A DNA stretch of 64,000 nucleotides from an uncultured virus (IMG/VR IMGVR_UViG_3300033066_000839) (IMGVR_UViG_3300033066_000839); one strand, 5' to 3'; positions 28,401-37,115 are shown, numbered from the stretch's first letter. Numbers and translations: made by a program. The notes: a model not told the origin generated them from the sequence alone.

Positions 28401-30914
28401 CTTGTAAACCAAGTAGGCTATAAAGAGCATGAGGTAGGCATTATTGTAAGCGGTTTGCCTAAGAACGGACCACGTAGCAAAGAATATGTAAAAAACCTAT
28501 TCAACGGGGAGGTATACAACGAAAAAACAAAAGAGTTTGAGGCGGTATCGGATGAGCAGCGTATAAAAGTGGTTATAGGTAGCTCTACTATTAAAGAGGG
28601 TATCAACCTGCAAAAATACGGAGCGGTGCTATACAACTGCTTTATAGACTGGAATCCTACGGATATACAGCAGCTCGAAGGACGTATATACAGGCAGAAA
28701 AATACATTTGATGCGGTGCGTATTGTTAATCCACTGGTGGTTGACAGTGCTGATATATTTATGTTCCAAAAATTACAGGAGAAAACAACACGCCTGAATA
28801 CTATCTGGAGCACGGATGGTAAGACCAACGTATTGCATACCGAAGAGTTTAACCCAGAAGAGCTGAAATATGCGCTGGTTAGAGACCCGCGTGTTATTGC
28901 GGAACTCAAAACCATAGAAGAGCGCTCAAAACTCGATGCGGAAAAGCTCGGATATGAAAGACAGCTTGAAATAGCGGATAATGTGTCTTCTTCAGCACAT
29001 GAGGTCAATTATTATTTTGACAAGGCTATTGATGCACTCAAAGATTACCGTGACTTTAAAAAGACCGATGACAGGCTTGCCGATGCTGAAAGGCTGGTAA
29101 AACTCATCAACGAGGCAGAAAAGAAACAAACGGATAAAGACGGTAAGAAAATATATATGCGCTATGAGCTTAGCGAACTTACCGATAAAGAGCGAGAAGC
29201 GGCATCTCCATTATCCCGTCCTTTTACAAAACCATATTGGTTTAGTTACTTTTCAGTAGCTACCCGCGACATGAGCAGGTTTATGTCTTCTTTTATCAAA
29301 CCGTACAATATTGAGTTTGACATTTTACATTATGAAGATGCCCTGAAGTTATTTAAAGAGGCGGCTACTAAAAAAATAGCGGAGATAACGGAGGCTAAGA
29401 ATAACCTTGACTCCAAAGAGCGCATGGATAGGCTGGTGCAGGAAATTATCGAAGAGCGGGAACGCCTCAAGATTGAATTTAAGCCACTGCCACAGACCGT
29501 TAATGATTTTTCCAGACTTAACTACTTATTAGACAAAAAAGTAGTGATATTAACACCTGCGTTGCCGAAATACACAACTTGTCCACCACTTGAGCAAGAT
29601 GGTAAGCCAGCCATAACCGCAGACGGGTTAAAGGCATTGGAGGGCTGTTTGAAGCATGAGAACCAGACAAAGGACGTTTATTACAACGAAGAGACACATA
29701 CTTATACGCCAGAACGTGAAAAGCTACATCAGGAAATAGTAGATAAGCTATTCGATGGTGTAAAATGTGTTACTAAGAAAAAACCTGTTGCAATATTTAC
29801 GGGTGGTGCTCCCGCCAGTGGTAAGTCTACATTCCTGAAAAAACATGCGCCGTATCTACTTAGTCATGATATATTCCATCTTGACGCAGATGAAATAAGA
29901 GCCATGTTGCCCGAATACAAGGGCTGGAATGCCAACTCTACCCACTTGGAAACACAGGATATAGTAAACGGGTTGCTTGATAAGCTCGGTAGTGAGGGTT
30001 GCCGTTATGATTTTGTGTATGACGGCACTATGAATAAGGCAAAGAAATACTTTGACCTGATACGCCGAGTAAAGGATATGGGTTATGAAACGTATATCAT
30101 ATTCATGGAAGTGCCCTATGCCGAAGCTAAAAAGCGTGCTATAGGACGTTATGAGCATACGGGAAGGTATGTGCCGATGGACGTAATAGATGATTTCTTT
30201 ACTGAAATAAACGGTAAAACAAAAGGACAGGCGGCTCTGGATGAATTAAAGCCGCTTGTAGACGGTTATATCGTTGCCGATGGTATTACAGGGAATGTGA
30301 TAAATAAAGGCGGCGCTGCGCTCCCTAAGACCCGTAACGGGGTGTATGGTGGTGATGTGCACGCTCCTGAAATAGCAGAAGAGCCAGAAGAACAGCGTTA
30401 TGAAGATATGGAACTTGACGACTTGATTAAGTTGTATAAGGAGAAATATTCAAACATTGACATATCTGAACCTAAGTCACCTGACGAGAAAGAGATGGAA
30501 AGGGTTATTTCATTAAAGCATAGTGATATATTTACTAAAATTCGTGAAGAAAGGAAGCGCATCATGGATAAGTATGAAAGTATGAGCCTTGATGACTTAA
30601 TTAAGGCAAAAAATGATATACGCAGCGGTGAAGGTACGTCACAAGTTATTTCTCATGAGGAGAAAGTGCTTGACGGGCTTATTTTCCGTAAGACTAGAGA
30701 GCTAAATAAGCAAGCCTCCAAAAAAAATAAGCAACAAAAGCATCCTGTTTCGGCGGCAGTGTCTGAAGAGTCGGGAGACATAACAAAAGAAAAAATAGAA
30801 AAATTAATAAAAGCACTAAATTTGAGCCTTAAATTCACTTCTGAAGAGGAGGATAAAAACAGAATAGGCAAGCAGATAAAAGCGCTTAATCTATCTTTAA
30901 AATTTGCAGCATGA
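25470..30914 (+). CDS. DarB-like SNF2/SF2 helicase with C-terminal zeta-toxin-like P-loop kinase domain
   Basis: YDVGVGKT, DEAH, TATP, EGINLQ, WNPTDIQQLEGRIYRQ; then FTGGAPASGKST, DADEIRAMLPEY, YDGT. Confidence 0.85.
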   Translation: MAYDIINDTDVEVLEDTTVEQVSIGVDLFSNDEFFKMHPDKILGEAYKTSGRFGEVTKYRGDITALSLIDADESFIGADKALIDPLASNFNDVNTDAAGLQPEVAKVIEQAISQSDNEVEGTKKKRARKIEIEDEGVVTPQAETLSFYDVYNAYNKDISIEELKVYVWNKTAIGKPLSKYYVSIFDPERFDADEDLRETYNYTVSQETIDEWVSHGLLFYFKGKLIPAYEYLSGNMYDKKIQLQHDKESIIAKFGTEAFEKQETSITEAFRKIYEKRLTIGGANGLVVLPISKFAADFKISRIEELPEEMPFKIKRVTAASDSKYGQPDILNDDKVYSDRDRHSFEELSLRDAFNFWLIKYKPQLKQPITHYDIVKYYVLQSAIRIDYDAEDSNSKKAAEAKREKLKSSTQAEGERLFSIFLETQLLPNDKIRLETQWNSDYNNFLPFDPNKIPVAFTMAKYVGGKLEELRPEKREAVAFVMNNGTGVLAYDVGVGKTPSTIFTISAFLDAGYCKRPLIVVPNQVYKQFISEIKMFAPHIPIIEGYNLSKEYVENFIGSNGQVESSPSGSITVMTYEGMELIGFTDATRDRMLSKLYDILNQGGASEQASGKKGEKQKASFLERLEMLVGKGMRGGMYNIEDFGFDFITYDEAHKMKKVFTSVKGTAEEDKKSGKVSRGKNPYVISSGTPSSIGLKGFMLNQYILEQNNYKNILLLTATPFTNSPLEIFSMMSMVAYEQLRETDLYNIKNFFDTYIKTSTELVINTKLKPQFKQVILGFNNLISLQSLIRRYILYKTGEDVGVLRPKKYVLPYVKVIEDGILMQLPEDKRVETYIEMTPLQKRMMDSVIAYVENGTPLTDSYEGTKDEGDIDEENEDTTEGIEVDEDALDSNQKAGVRTIRGLAFSRNIALSPYLYDYSGLGDPTAHEYITTSPKLTYVMQCVKSVRNYCIANGQPVAGQVIYMDRGIEYFKLIKEYLVNQVGYKEHEVGIIVSGLPKNGPRSKEYVKNLFNGEVYNEKTKEFEAVSDEQRIKVVIGSSTIKEGINLQKYGAVLYNCFIDWNPTDIQQLEGRIYRQKNTFDAVRIVNPLVVDSADIFMFQKLQEKTTRLNTIWSTDGKTNVLHTEEFNPEELKYALVRDPRVIAELKTIEERSKLDAEKLGYERQLEIADNVSSSAHEVNYYFDKAIDALKDYRDFKKTDDRLADAERLVKLINEAEKKQTDKDGKKIYMRYELSELTDKEREAASPLSRPFTKPYWFSYFSVATRDMSRFMSSFIKPYNIEFDILHYEDALKLFKEAATKKIAEITEAKNNLDSKERMDRLVQEIIEERERLKIEFKPLPQTVNDFSRLNYLLDKKVVILTPALPKYTTCPPLEQDGKPAITADGLKALEGCLKHENQTKDVYYNEETHTYTPEREKLHQEIVDKLFDGVKCVTKKKPVAIFTGGAPASGKSTFLKKHAPYLLSHDIFHLDADEIRAMLPEYKGWNANSTHLETQDIVNGLLDKLGSEGCRYDFVYDGTMNKAKKYFDLIRRVKDMGYETYIIFMEVPYAEAKKRAIGRYEHTGRYVPMDVIDDFFTEINGKTKGQAALDELKPLVDGYIVADGITGNVINKGGAALPKTRNGVYGGDVHAPEIAEEPEEQRYEDMELDDLIKLYKEKYSNIDISEPKSPDEKEMERVISLKHSDIFTKIREERKRIMDKYESMSLDDLIKAKNDIRSGEGTSQVISHEEKVLDGLIFRKTRELNKQASKKNKQQKHPVSAAVSEESGDITKEKIEKLIKALNLSLKFTSEEEDKNRIGKQIKALNLSLKFAA

Positions 30915-33229
30915 AATTAGCACAGCTCAAGCAAGACATAGCGGATATGGAGTCGGTTTATAATGATTCCACTACGCCAGCCAATATAAAAGAATCCATA
31001 GGACCTGCTCTTAAAAAAGCACGGGCACAGCTTGCAGAAGCCGATAAGGGTAGCCATTCTTCTGGCAAGTCGGCGCATGTAAAAAAAGCACCTGCCACAA
31101 AGGGTAAAAGTACAACCCCGCGTGAAAAGTCAACACGCCCGAAAGCTACTGTCAGCAGTGCTATGAAGTTGGCACAGAAATACCGTAAAGAGCAAGGATT
31201 GAGCACTAAGAAATCTGATATAGAACGCGATGCCAAACGCAGCTCTAAGCCCGCTGGTAAGCGTGTATCTGAATCTGGTAATGTTTATTATGAGAACAGA
31301 GAAAATAGAACAGACAGGCTGGCTAAGAAATATCCGAAGCTGGCAAAAGGTGGTGAGGTAAATATGAATAAAGACTGGAAAGTAATTTATATTACTACAG
31401 ATGGCGCTAAAGGGGAGAAAATAATTACGCTTGGTGAGGTAAATGAGGATTTAAAACGAGCAATAAAGAAAATGAAAGGTCCTTCCGATGTTGGCAATAT
31501 CAAAGAGGTATTATCAATAACGCCAGTGCATGAAGACGGCGGCATGTTAGGTGATGCTACTTATAATTTCAGATTTGATATTACTAGCCCCGCATTTGAG
31601 AAGGGGGGTATGATACCAGACTGGTTATTTATAGGTACTTATCCAGCCGCCAGAGTGTATGCTGATAGGCGCAAAGAAAGTCGTGGTGAATACCATAGAA
31701 TAGGTACTGTAACATATAGTCCTCTTAGGTTAAATGTTACTGATAATAACCCTAAATATGCACATGTTATAGAATTGATGAAGGAGGATATGGAGCAGAT
31801 GCGTAAGGATGGGTATGTTGAAACTTCGTCTACTGGGCAGACCGCAAAAGTAACGGAAGTTCCAGAAATAAAAATAAATTTGGATAGCCTGAAATACGAG
31901 AAAGGGGGAATGATTGCTCACGGCTTTCATAGTGGTGATGTTATCTATGAAATATATAAAGGCTATGGTATTATTGAGCAACTAGATGGCAATAAGACAC
32001 TTGGAAATGGAATGGTAGTTGTTGTTAATCCTAATCATGGCACACGATATGTTGTTGGGTTAGATGACAGTAAATCATCTGGTAAGCGGATATACAATGA
32101 AATGCCATTTAAAGAGGCTGTTCAGGAAGCTAGGAATTATATAGACTATCTTACTGATGGAAATGGTCGTGACCTAGTTGAAATGCAGGAAACGGAGCAT
32201 TTTTCGGATAATACGCATGACACTAAGCCTGTATATAAGGACGGCGGTAAGGTTGATGCTGATAATATTATAGGCACTACGCTATATGCAAACACTGGCG
32301 TGCCACTGAAAGTTATAGACTACGATAGTCGTTTTGGTGGAAGAGTAAAGGTAAGCAGAAATGATGAGCTTTACGATGGAACTGTATCTCAATGGATGCC
32401 TATAAAAAAATTTACAACTGACAAACCTAAATTCGAGCACGGCGGTAAAACAAGTGGGCAAGAGAAATTCGAGACCAGTATTAAAGCTGTAAAAAACCAG
32501 ATAAACATGGTGCAGCTTCAAGACGGCACGTTAATTCGTGGAAGTGAGTTAAAGTTTGCTGATGGTGGTTCTCTGACAAGTAGAACTACTGTTGAAGTTG
32601 GAGAAGAACCTATAACCGTAATTATCAAGAAAAAAGAAACGACAGGCTACCCAGTATATATCAGAACGGTTGGATATGCCCCAATAACGCATAATCTTTA
32701 TCCTACAAAAGAAAAGGCATTATCTTCTGCAAAATCTTTGGCTAATAAAAATGGCTATGCTTTTAAGTTTGCTGATGGTGGTGTAACTGGCAAGTCTGGT
32801 AGTAAATTCAAAGCGCAGGTTTATGATAGCGTAGAAAATAAAAAACTTTTACATACTTATTATGCGGATAGTGAAAATGCGATAAATGAAGCTGTCGGCG
32901 ATATTGACGCATATGTCAAGTTCTACGAAAAAAGAAAAGGCAAGTACAACAATTATGGTATTCAGCTATATAAAAAAGGCGGCTCTACATTTGCCGATAA
33001 AGTAAGTGCTATAGCTGATAAACTATCAGGGACAACAGTAGCAGCAAAGTACAAAAAAAAGTACGGCAGCAAATACAGCCCTGCGGAGGCAAAAGAGGCA
33101 GCAACTAAGATAGTTGGTAAGATGGTATCTAAAAGCGGAGAAATGGTAAAGAAGGGCGGCAGGAAAGTCAAGAAGGTAATGTCAAAGACAGGTAAGGCAC
33201 TAACTGGCAAGTACGGAACAAAAAAGTAA
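30911..33229 (+). CDS. Basic, modular putative virion cargo protein punctuated by [FYLH]xxGG motifs
   Basis: Lys-rich ends; nine or more xxxGG motifs; GKRVSESGNVYYENRENRTD module. Confidence 0.7.
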   Translation: MKLAQLKQDIADMESVYNDSTTPANIKESIGPALKKARAQLAEADKGSHSSGKSAHVKKAPATKGKSTTPREKSTRPKATVSSAMKLAQKYRKEQGLSTKKSDIERDAKRSSKPAGKRVSESGNVYYENRENRTDRLAKKYPKLAKGGEVNMNKDWKVIYITTDGAKGEKIITLGEVNEDLKRAIKKMKGPSDVGNIKEVLSITPVHEDGGMLGDATYNFRFDITSPAFEKGGMIPDWLFIGTYPAARVYADRRKESRGEYHRIGTVTYSPLRLNVTDNNPKYAHVIELMKEDMEQMRKDGYVETSSTGQTAKVTEVPEIKINLDSLKYEKGGMIAHGFHSGDVIYEIYKGYGIIEQLDGNKTLGNGMVVVVNPNHGTRYVVGLDDSKSSGKRIYNEMPFKEAVQEARNYIDYLTDGNGRDLVEMQETEHFSDNTHDTKPVYKDGGKVDADNIIGTTLYANTGVPLKVIDYDSRFGGRVKVSRNDELYDGTVSQWMPIKKFTTDKPKFEHGGKTSGQEKFETSIKAVKNQINMVQLQDGTLIRGSELKFADGGSLTSRTTVEVGEEPITVIIKKKETTGYPVYIRTVGYAPITHNLYPTKEKALSSAKSLANKNGYAFKFADGGVTGKSGSKFKAQVYDSVENKKLLHTYYADSENAINEAVGDIDAYVKFYEKRKGKYNNYGIQLYKKGGSTFADKVSAIADKLSGTTVAAKYKKKYGSKYSPAEAKEAATKIVGKMVSKSGEMVKKGGRKVKKVMSKTGKALTGKYGTKK

Positions 33230-33345
33230 TGCGGAGAGGTGGACAAACTCCGAATGTAAAAACACCAGAACTCTACGGGACAGACCTAAATGCGCAGGAA
33301 TATACTGGCATAATGGATATGGACGGAGACGGAATAATTGATTAA
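33229..33345 (+). CDS. 38-aa peptide (not in ORF track)
   Basis: TAATG coupling; MRRGGQTPNVKTPELYGTDLNAQEYTGIMDMDGDGIID. Confidence 0.45.
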   Translation: MRRGGQTPNVKTPELYGTDLNAQEYTGIMDMDGDGIID

Positions 33346-33371
33346 ATTTGGCAATAAATAGCAATAATAAT

Positions 33372-33902
33372 ATGAAGTACAAAAGCGAATTAGCGAAAAT
33401 AAACCAGCCAGAGGAGAAGATGACTCCCAAGCTGAAGCAGTACGTTAACAGCATTAACGAATTACTGGAGACAAAAGCAGAGATAACCCGTAGGCTGGAA
33501 GCCAAAGAGGGCGACCGCGAAGAGTTGCAAGCCGACCTTGCTGAATGTGAGGCAGACATTAACAATCTGGACAATGAATTATGTGAAAAGATAATTGCAT
33601 GGGACGTACAGATACAGCGCTTAGCAAATGCCCGCGCCAGCAAAAAACCTATTGAGCCTAAGAAACCAGTAGAGAAAAAGACTGCTGCTCCAGTTGCAAA
33701 GAGTGCACCAGTGGCTACTCCCGCTCCGACACCAGCAGCGCCAGCAAAAGCCGCCGCACCAGCTCCATCACCTGCTCCTGTAGCTCCTGTTGTTACGGCA
33801 GAGCCAGAAAAAAAGAAAGGTAATGGTTTTGGTTGGGTAATGTTTGGAGTACTGGCTCTTGTGGTTACGGTAGGAGCAGTGAACTTGTTGAAAAAAGATT
33901 AG
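33372..33902 (+). CDS. Coiled-coil protein with Pro/Ala linker and C-terminal TM
   Basis: Coiled coil, PA-rich linker, TM followed by KKD; start revised. Confidence 0.7.
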   Translation: MKYKSELAKINQPEEKMTPKLKQYVNSINELLETKAEITRRLEAKEGDREELQADLAECEADINNLDNELCEKIIAWDVQIQRLANARASKKPIEPKKPVEKKTAAPVAKSAPVATPAPTPAAPAKAAAPAPSPAPVAPVVTAEPEKKKGNGFGWVMFGVLALVVTVGAVNLLKKD

Positions 33903-33906
33903 TAAT

Positions 33907-34185
33907 ATGTCATATCGGATTACTGAATACACGTTAAATCAGGCAAAAAAATACGGAGTAACCGTAATGCCATCAAGTGTAAAAGGTAAAAAGATAGATG
34001 TATTCAAAGACGGTAAAAAGATTGCATCGGTAGGAGCACTCGGATATAACGACTATCCTAACTTTATAGCCAAGTATGGTAAAGACTTTGCGAACAAAAG
34101 GCGCAGAGCATACAAATTGAGGCATGATAAAGACAGGCACGTTAAAAACAGTGCTGGTTACTGGGCAGATAAATTACTATGGTAG
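33907..34185 (+). CDS. DUF5754-like small basic protein
   Basis: KKIDVF...VGALGYNDY...RRRAYKLRH...SAGYWADKLLW. Confidence 0.65.
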   Translation: MSYRITEYTLNQAKKYGVTVMPSSVKGKKIDVFKDGKKIASVGALGYNDYPNFIAKYGKDFANKRRRAYKLRHDKDRHVKNSAGYWADKLLW

Positions 34186-34250
34186 AATAGAGATAGAATA
34201 CCTGCGATAAATAACGATAGAAATATTATTAATTTCTAAAATTACTTATT

Positions 34251-34517
34251 ATGAAAATTATAAATTTCATGGCAGGATTCTTTCAGGACAAAGGGGTATC
34301 ATCGAGCAAAAGACTTGTTGGTATAGTTTGTTCTGCTTTCTTATGCCATAAGCTATATGTTGGCACTCCAGCGAACGAAACAGTTATCTACGCCGTAACA
34401 GCACTGGCTTTCGGTTCTCTTGGCTTATCGAGTGTAGAAAAGGTATTCGGTAAAAAATCACTAACCGATGTGATTTCACCAGAACCTAAAACAGAAGAGC
34501 CTAAACCACAACAATAA
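34251..34517 (+). CDS. Putative holin
   Basis: SSKRLVG plus two TMs; directly upstream of the endolysin. Confidence 0.6.
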   Translation: MKIINFMAGFFQDKGVSSSKRLVGIVCSAFLCHKLYVGTPANETVIYAVTALAFGSLGLSSVEKVFGKKSLTDVISPEPKTEEPKPQQ

Positions 34518-35221
34518 TGTTCTACGATAAATTAAAAGGAGTAATACCAGACAGCCGATTTGTGCAACTACCCATGTTGGTAGATAAGTTTCATTGCAAC
34601 ACGCCGTTGCGAATGGCTCATTTTATAGCACAAGCGGCACATGAAAGCGCTAATTTTACTACTACGGTAGAAAACCTGAATTATAGCGAAACTGGTCTGT
34701 TGACTACCTTTGCTAAATACTTTACCAGTCAGGCTAAAATAGATTTACTCAAGAGCGCTTCTGTTAATAGCAAGACAGAAGAGGAGAAAGCAGCGGCAAA
34801 GGCTAAACTGGAAATAGAATCCAAAAAGAAATTTGCAGCCAACTATGCCAAAAAGCCTGAAATGATTGCTAACGTGGTATATGCTAACAGGTATGGTAAT
34901 GGCGATACCGCCAGTGGTGACGGTTGGAAATATCGCGGACAGGGAGACTTGCAAACTACATTTTTAGATAACTACAAGGCATTTAAAGACTTTTCGGGAG
35001 TAGATGTGGTTGCTCATCCTGAATTATTGCAGACAACGCATTCATTATCTTCTGCTGGATTCTTTTTCGATAAAAACAATTTGTGGAAGATATGCGACTT
35101 GGGGGCTACAAAGGACGTAGTAACTAAGGTGCGTATAAAGGTTAACGGTGGCACTATCGGGCTTGATGATGTGTATAATAAATTCGTAAAATTCAATAAC
35201 TTACTGAATGGCACTATTTAG
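34517..35221 (+). CDS. Endolysin, glycoside hydrolase family 19
   Basis: AHFIAQAAHES, ENLNYS, YANRYGNG..SGDGWKYRG.G..Q.T, VNGGTIGL. Confidence 0.9.
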   Translation: MFYDKLKGVIPDSRFVQLPMLVDKFHCNTPLRMAHFIAQAAHESANFTTTVENLNYSETGLLTTFAKYFTSQAKIDLLKSASVNSKTEEEKAAAKAKLEIESKKKFAANYAKKPEMIANVVYANRYGNGDTASGDGWKYRGQGDLQTTFLDNYKAFKDFSGVDVVAHPELLQTTHSLSSAGFFFDKNNLWKICDLGATKDVVTKVRIKVNGGTIGLDDVYNKFVKFNNLLNGTI

Positions 35222-35732
35222 TGGTTGCGGCGGCGCTTGTGAATCTAAGACAGATGCTTTTATAGCATTGCATATGTACCAAATCATTGGTGCAATTAAA
35301 AACACGGGCATATTTTTCGCAACCATTGTAGCGCAAAAGACACTTGAGAGCGGTTATGGAGAAAGTGAACTGGCAAAAAAGTACAATAACTACGGAGGTG
35401 TAAAATACGGCTCTGGTGTGTGGGGCGCTACTGGCAGTGTGAGCTTAGATACTACGGAGGTAGTGCGTGGCAAGGTGGTAAAGGTAAAAGCTAATTTTGC
35501 TATATACCCAAGTCCTATTGCTGCTTTTCAGGGATATGTAAAGGTACTGCAAGACCCGAACAAGCAATATACGCAAAACGGTGTTTTCGAGTCCAGTAAC
35601 CCTGTAGAACAAATAGAGCGTATTGTTGAATCGGGTTATACCACTACGCCGCTAAACCAATACCTTGATAGTAGGATGAAAGACCAGATAGAGTATATTA
35701 CCAATAAATATAAAATAGGACTTATTGTATGA
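35208..35732 (+). CDS. Glucosaminidase/FlgJ-like peptidoglycan hydrolase (GH73)
   Basis: AQKTLESGYG.S.LA..YNNYGGVK...GYTT. Confidence 0.85.
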   Translation: MALFSGCGGACESKTDAFIALHMYQIIGAIKNTGIFFATIVAQKTLESGYGESELAKKYNNYGGVKYGSGVWGATGSVSLDTTEVVRGKVVKVKANFAIYPSPIAAFQGYVKVLQDPNKQYTQNGVFESSNPVEQIERIVESGYTTTPLNQYLDSRMKDQIEYITNKYKIGLIV

Positions 35733-35893
35733 GTAACGGCAGTAAAATAGCACTATCGGTATTGGCAATAGCTGGTATAGCAACGGTATCATATAGCCTG
35801 TATAAACATTACAAGCTACAGAAGATATACAATACTCCTGTCAATGAATCACAGGCTATACAAAACATACAAAAAGCATTGGCAAATGGGTAA
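35729..35893 (+). CDS. 54-aa membrane protein (not in ORF track)
   Basis: ATGA coupling; MSNGSKIALSVLAIAGIATVSYSLYKHYK... Confidence 0.6.
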   Translation: MSNGSKIALSVLAIAGIATVSYSLYKHYKLQKIYNTPVNESQAIQNIQKALANG

Positions 35894-35993
35894 TCTTACA
35901 TTATTTTTGCATTTAAGTGCGATAACGACATAGTTTTACATAAAAATATTGTTTCAGAAAAATAATTATTAATAACTTTAAAAAAAATTTGAA

Positions 35994-36098
35994 ATGAAAG
36001 ACGGTAAAAAATTAGTAGGTGTTGCGCTGGGTCTTGGCGTATTATTTGTAACTGTATGGGTGGTATCTAAAGGATGGCACGCAGGACAAAAAGCATAA
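35994..36098 (+). CDS. 34-aa membrane peptide (not in ORF track)
   Basis: MKDGKKLVGVALGLGVLFVTVWVVSKGWHAGQKA. Confidence 0.6.
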   Translation: MKDGKKLVGVALGLGVLFVTVWVVSKGWHAGQKA

Positions 36099-36118
36099 TA
36101 ACCTTTTAAAAACAACTT

Positions 36119-36898
36119 ATGGGTAATAACGATACTAGGCAACCTAATATAGTGCCTAAAAAAAAGCGCCAAATCATACAAAAGGTAAAGACCTTTCAAG
36201 GTGAAGCTAATTTTATAGTGCCTAGCCGCAGTACTCTGGTGGATGAGCAAAACGATACTATCATATCCCAGTCTGGCGCGGGTGGCGTTGACGTAATGGG
36301 CGTGAATGAAGAGTTTGCTAATCTGATTAACGTACCAACATGCGGTGGCGGTATGCCATCTGGTCCTGTTACGCCATTGCCTCCGTCTGGTCCGTCTACA
36401 CCTACGGGTAGTGGTCCTACTACGACTTCTGGCGGTGGCGGTACTTCTGGCGGCACAACAACAACACCTTCTGGTGGTGGCGGCACGCCTACTCCTCCTC
36501 CTGTATGTGGTCCTAGTACTGGTGGCGGCGGTGTTACGCCAATAGGTCCTACAACAACGCCTCCTACGAATACACCTCCCCCAACAAACGGTACTGCGCC
36601 AACTCCTACATTTATATTTGTCCCTTCGGGAAGTGGCATATTAAATAGCGGCGGCGGCGGTACTCAAACAGGTACGTGGATTCCTCCTGTTTGTACTAGT
36701 GAACCAGTGGCTACTCCAAAAACGCCAGTAAGTACTGGTGGTGGATTTGGCGGCGGCGGCGGCGGTGGCATGTTGCCACAACAGGAGGGTATGGGAGCAC
36801 AGCCTAGCTTTTTTCAAAAAAATAAAATGCTGATAGGCGGACTTTTGATATTGGCTATTTTAGGGTATGTAATAACCCAACACAACAAAAAAGCATAG
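36119..36898 (+). CDS. Pro/Thr/Gly-rich protein with C-terminal TM
   Basis: Low-complexity PTG tracts; LIGGLLILAILGYVI anchor. Confidence 0.7.
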   Translation: MGNNDTRQPNIVPKKKRQIIQKVKTFQGEANFIVPSRSTLVDEQNDTIISQSGAGGVDVMGVNEEFANLINVPTCGGGMPSGPVTPLPPSGPSTPTGSGPTTTSGGGGTSGGTTTTPSGGGGTPTPPPVCGPSTGGGGVTPIGPTTTPPTNTPPPTNGTAPTPTFIFVPSGSGILNSGGGGTQTGTWIPPVCTSEPVATPKTPVSTGGGFGGGGGGGMLPQQEGMGAQPSFFQKNKMLIGGLLILAILGYVITQHNKKA

Positions 36899-36902
36899 TG
36901 TA

Positions 36903-37115
36903 ATGCAAAAAATAATATTCATTGATGAGACGGGCGCTCCTCATAATGGTTATATAGACCAGACAGGGGATAGTAGTAATTCTACAGACCTTATCAAAGA
37001 TGACCGTAAAAATAACCTCAAAGAGCATTTGTATATAACATACCTTGTTTTTGGTACGCTTGCATTTGCCTTTGGTATATACATAAGTGTACGAAGATTA
37101 AAAGCTACTAAATAA
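36903..37115 (+). CDS. Small protein with C-terminal TM
   Basis: Hydrophobic C-terminus with basic tail. Confidence 0.65.
   Translation: MQKIIFIDETGAPHNGYIDQTGDSSNSTDLIKDDRKNNLKEHLYITYLVFGTLAFAFGIYISVRRLKATK

Noticed and set aside
36196..36639. Minus-strand 147-aa Gly/Val/Pro ORF and the many other opposite-strand ORFs inside long genes
   Set aside because: Shadow frames of low-complexity or long sense genes, with no leader or motif support.
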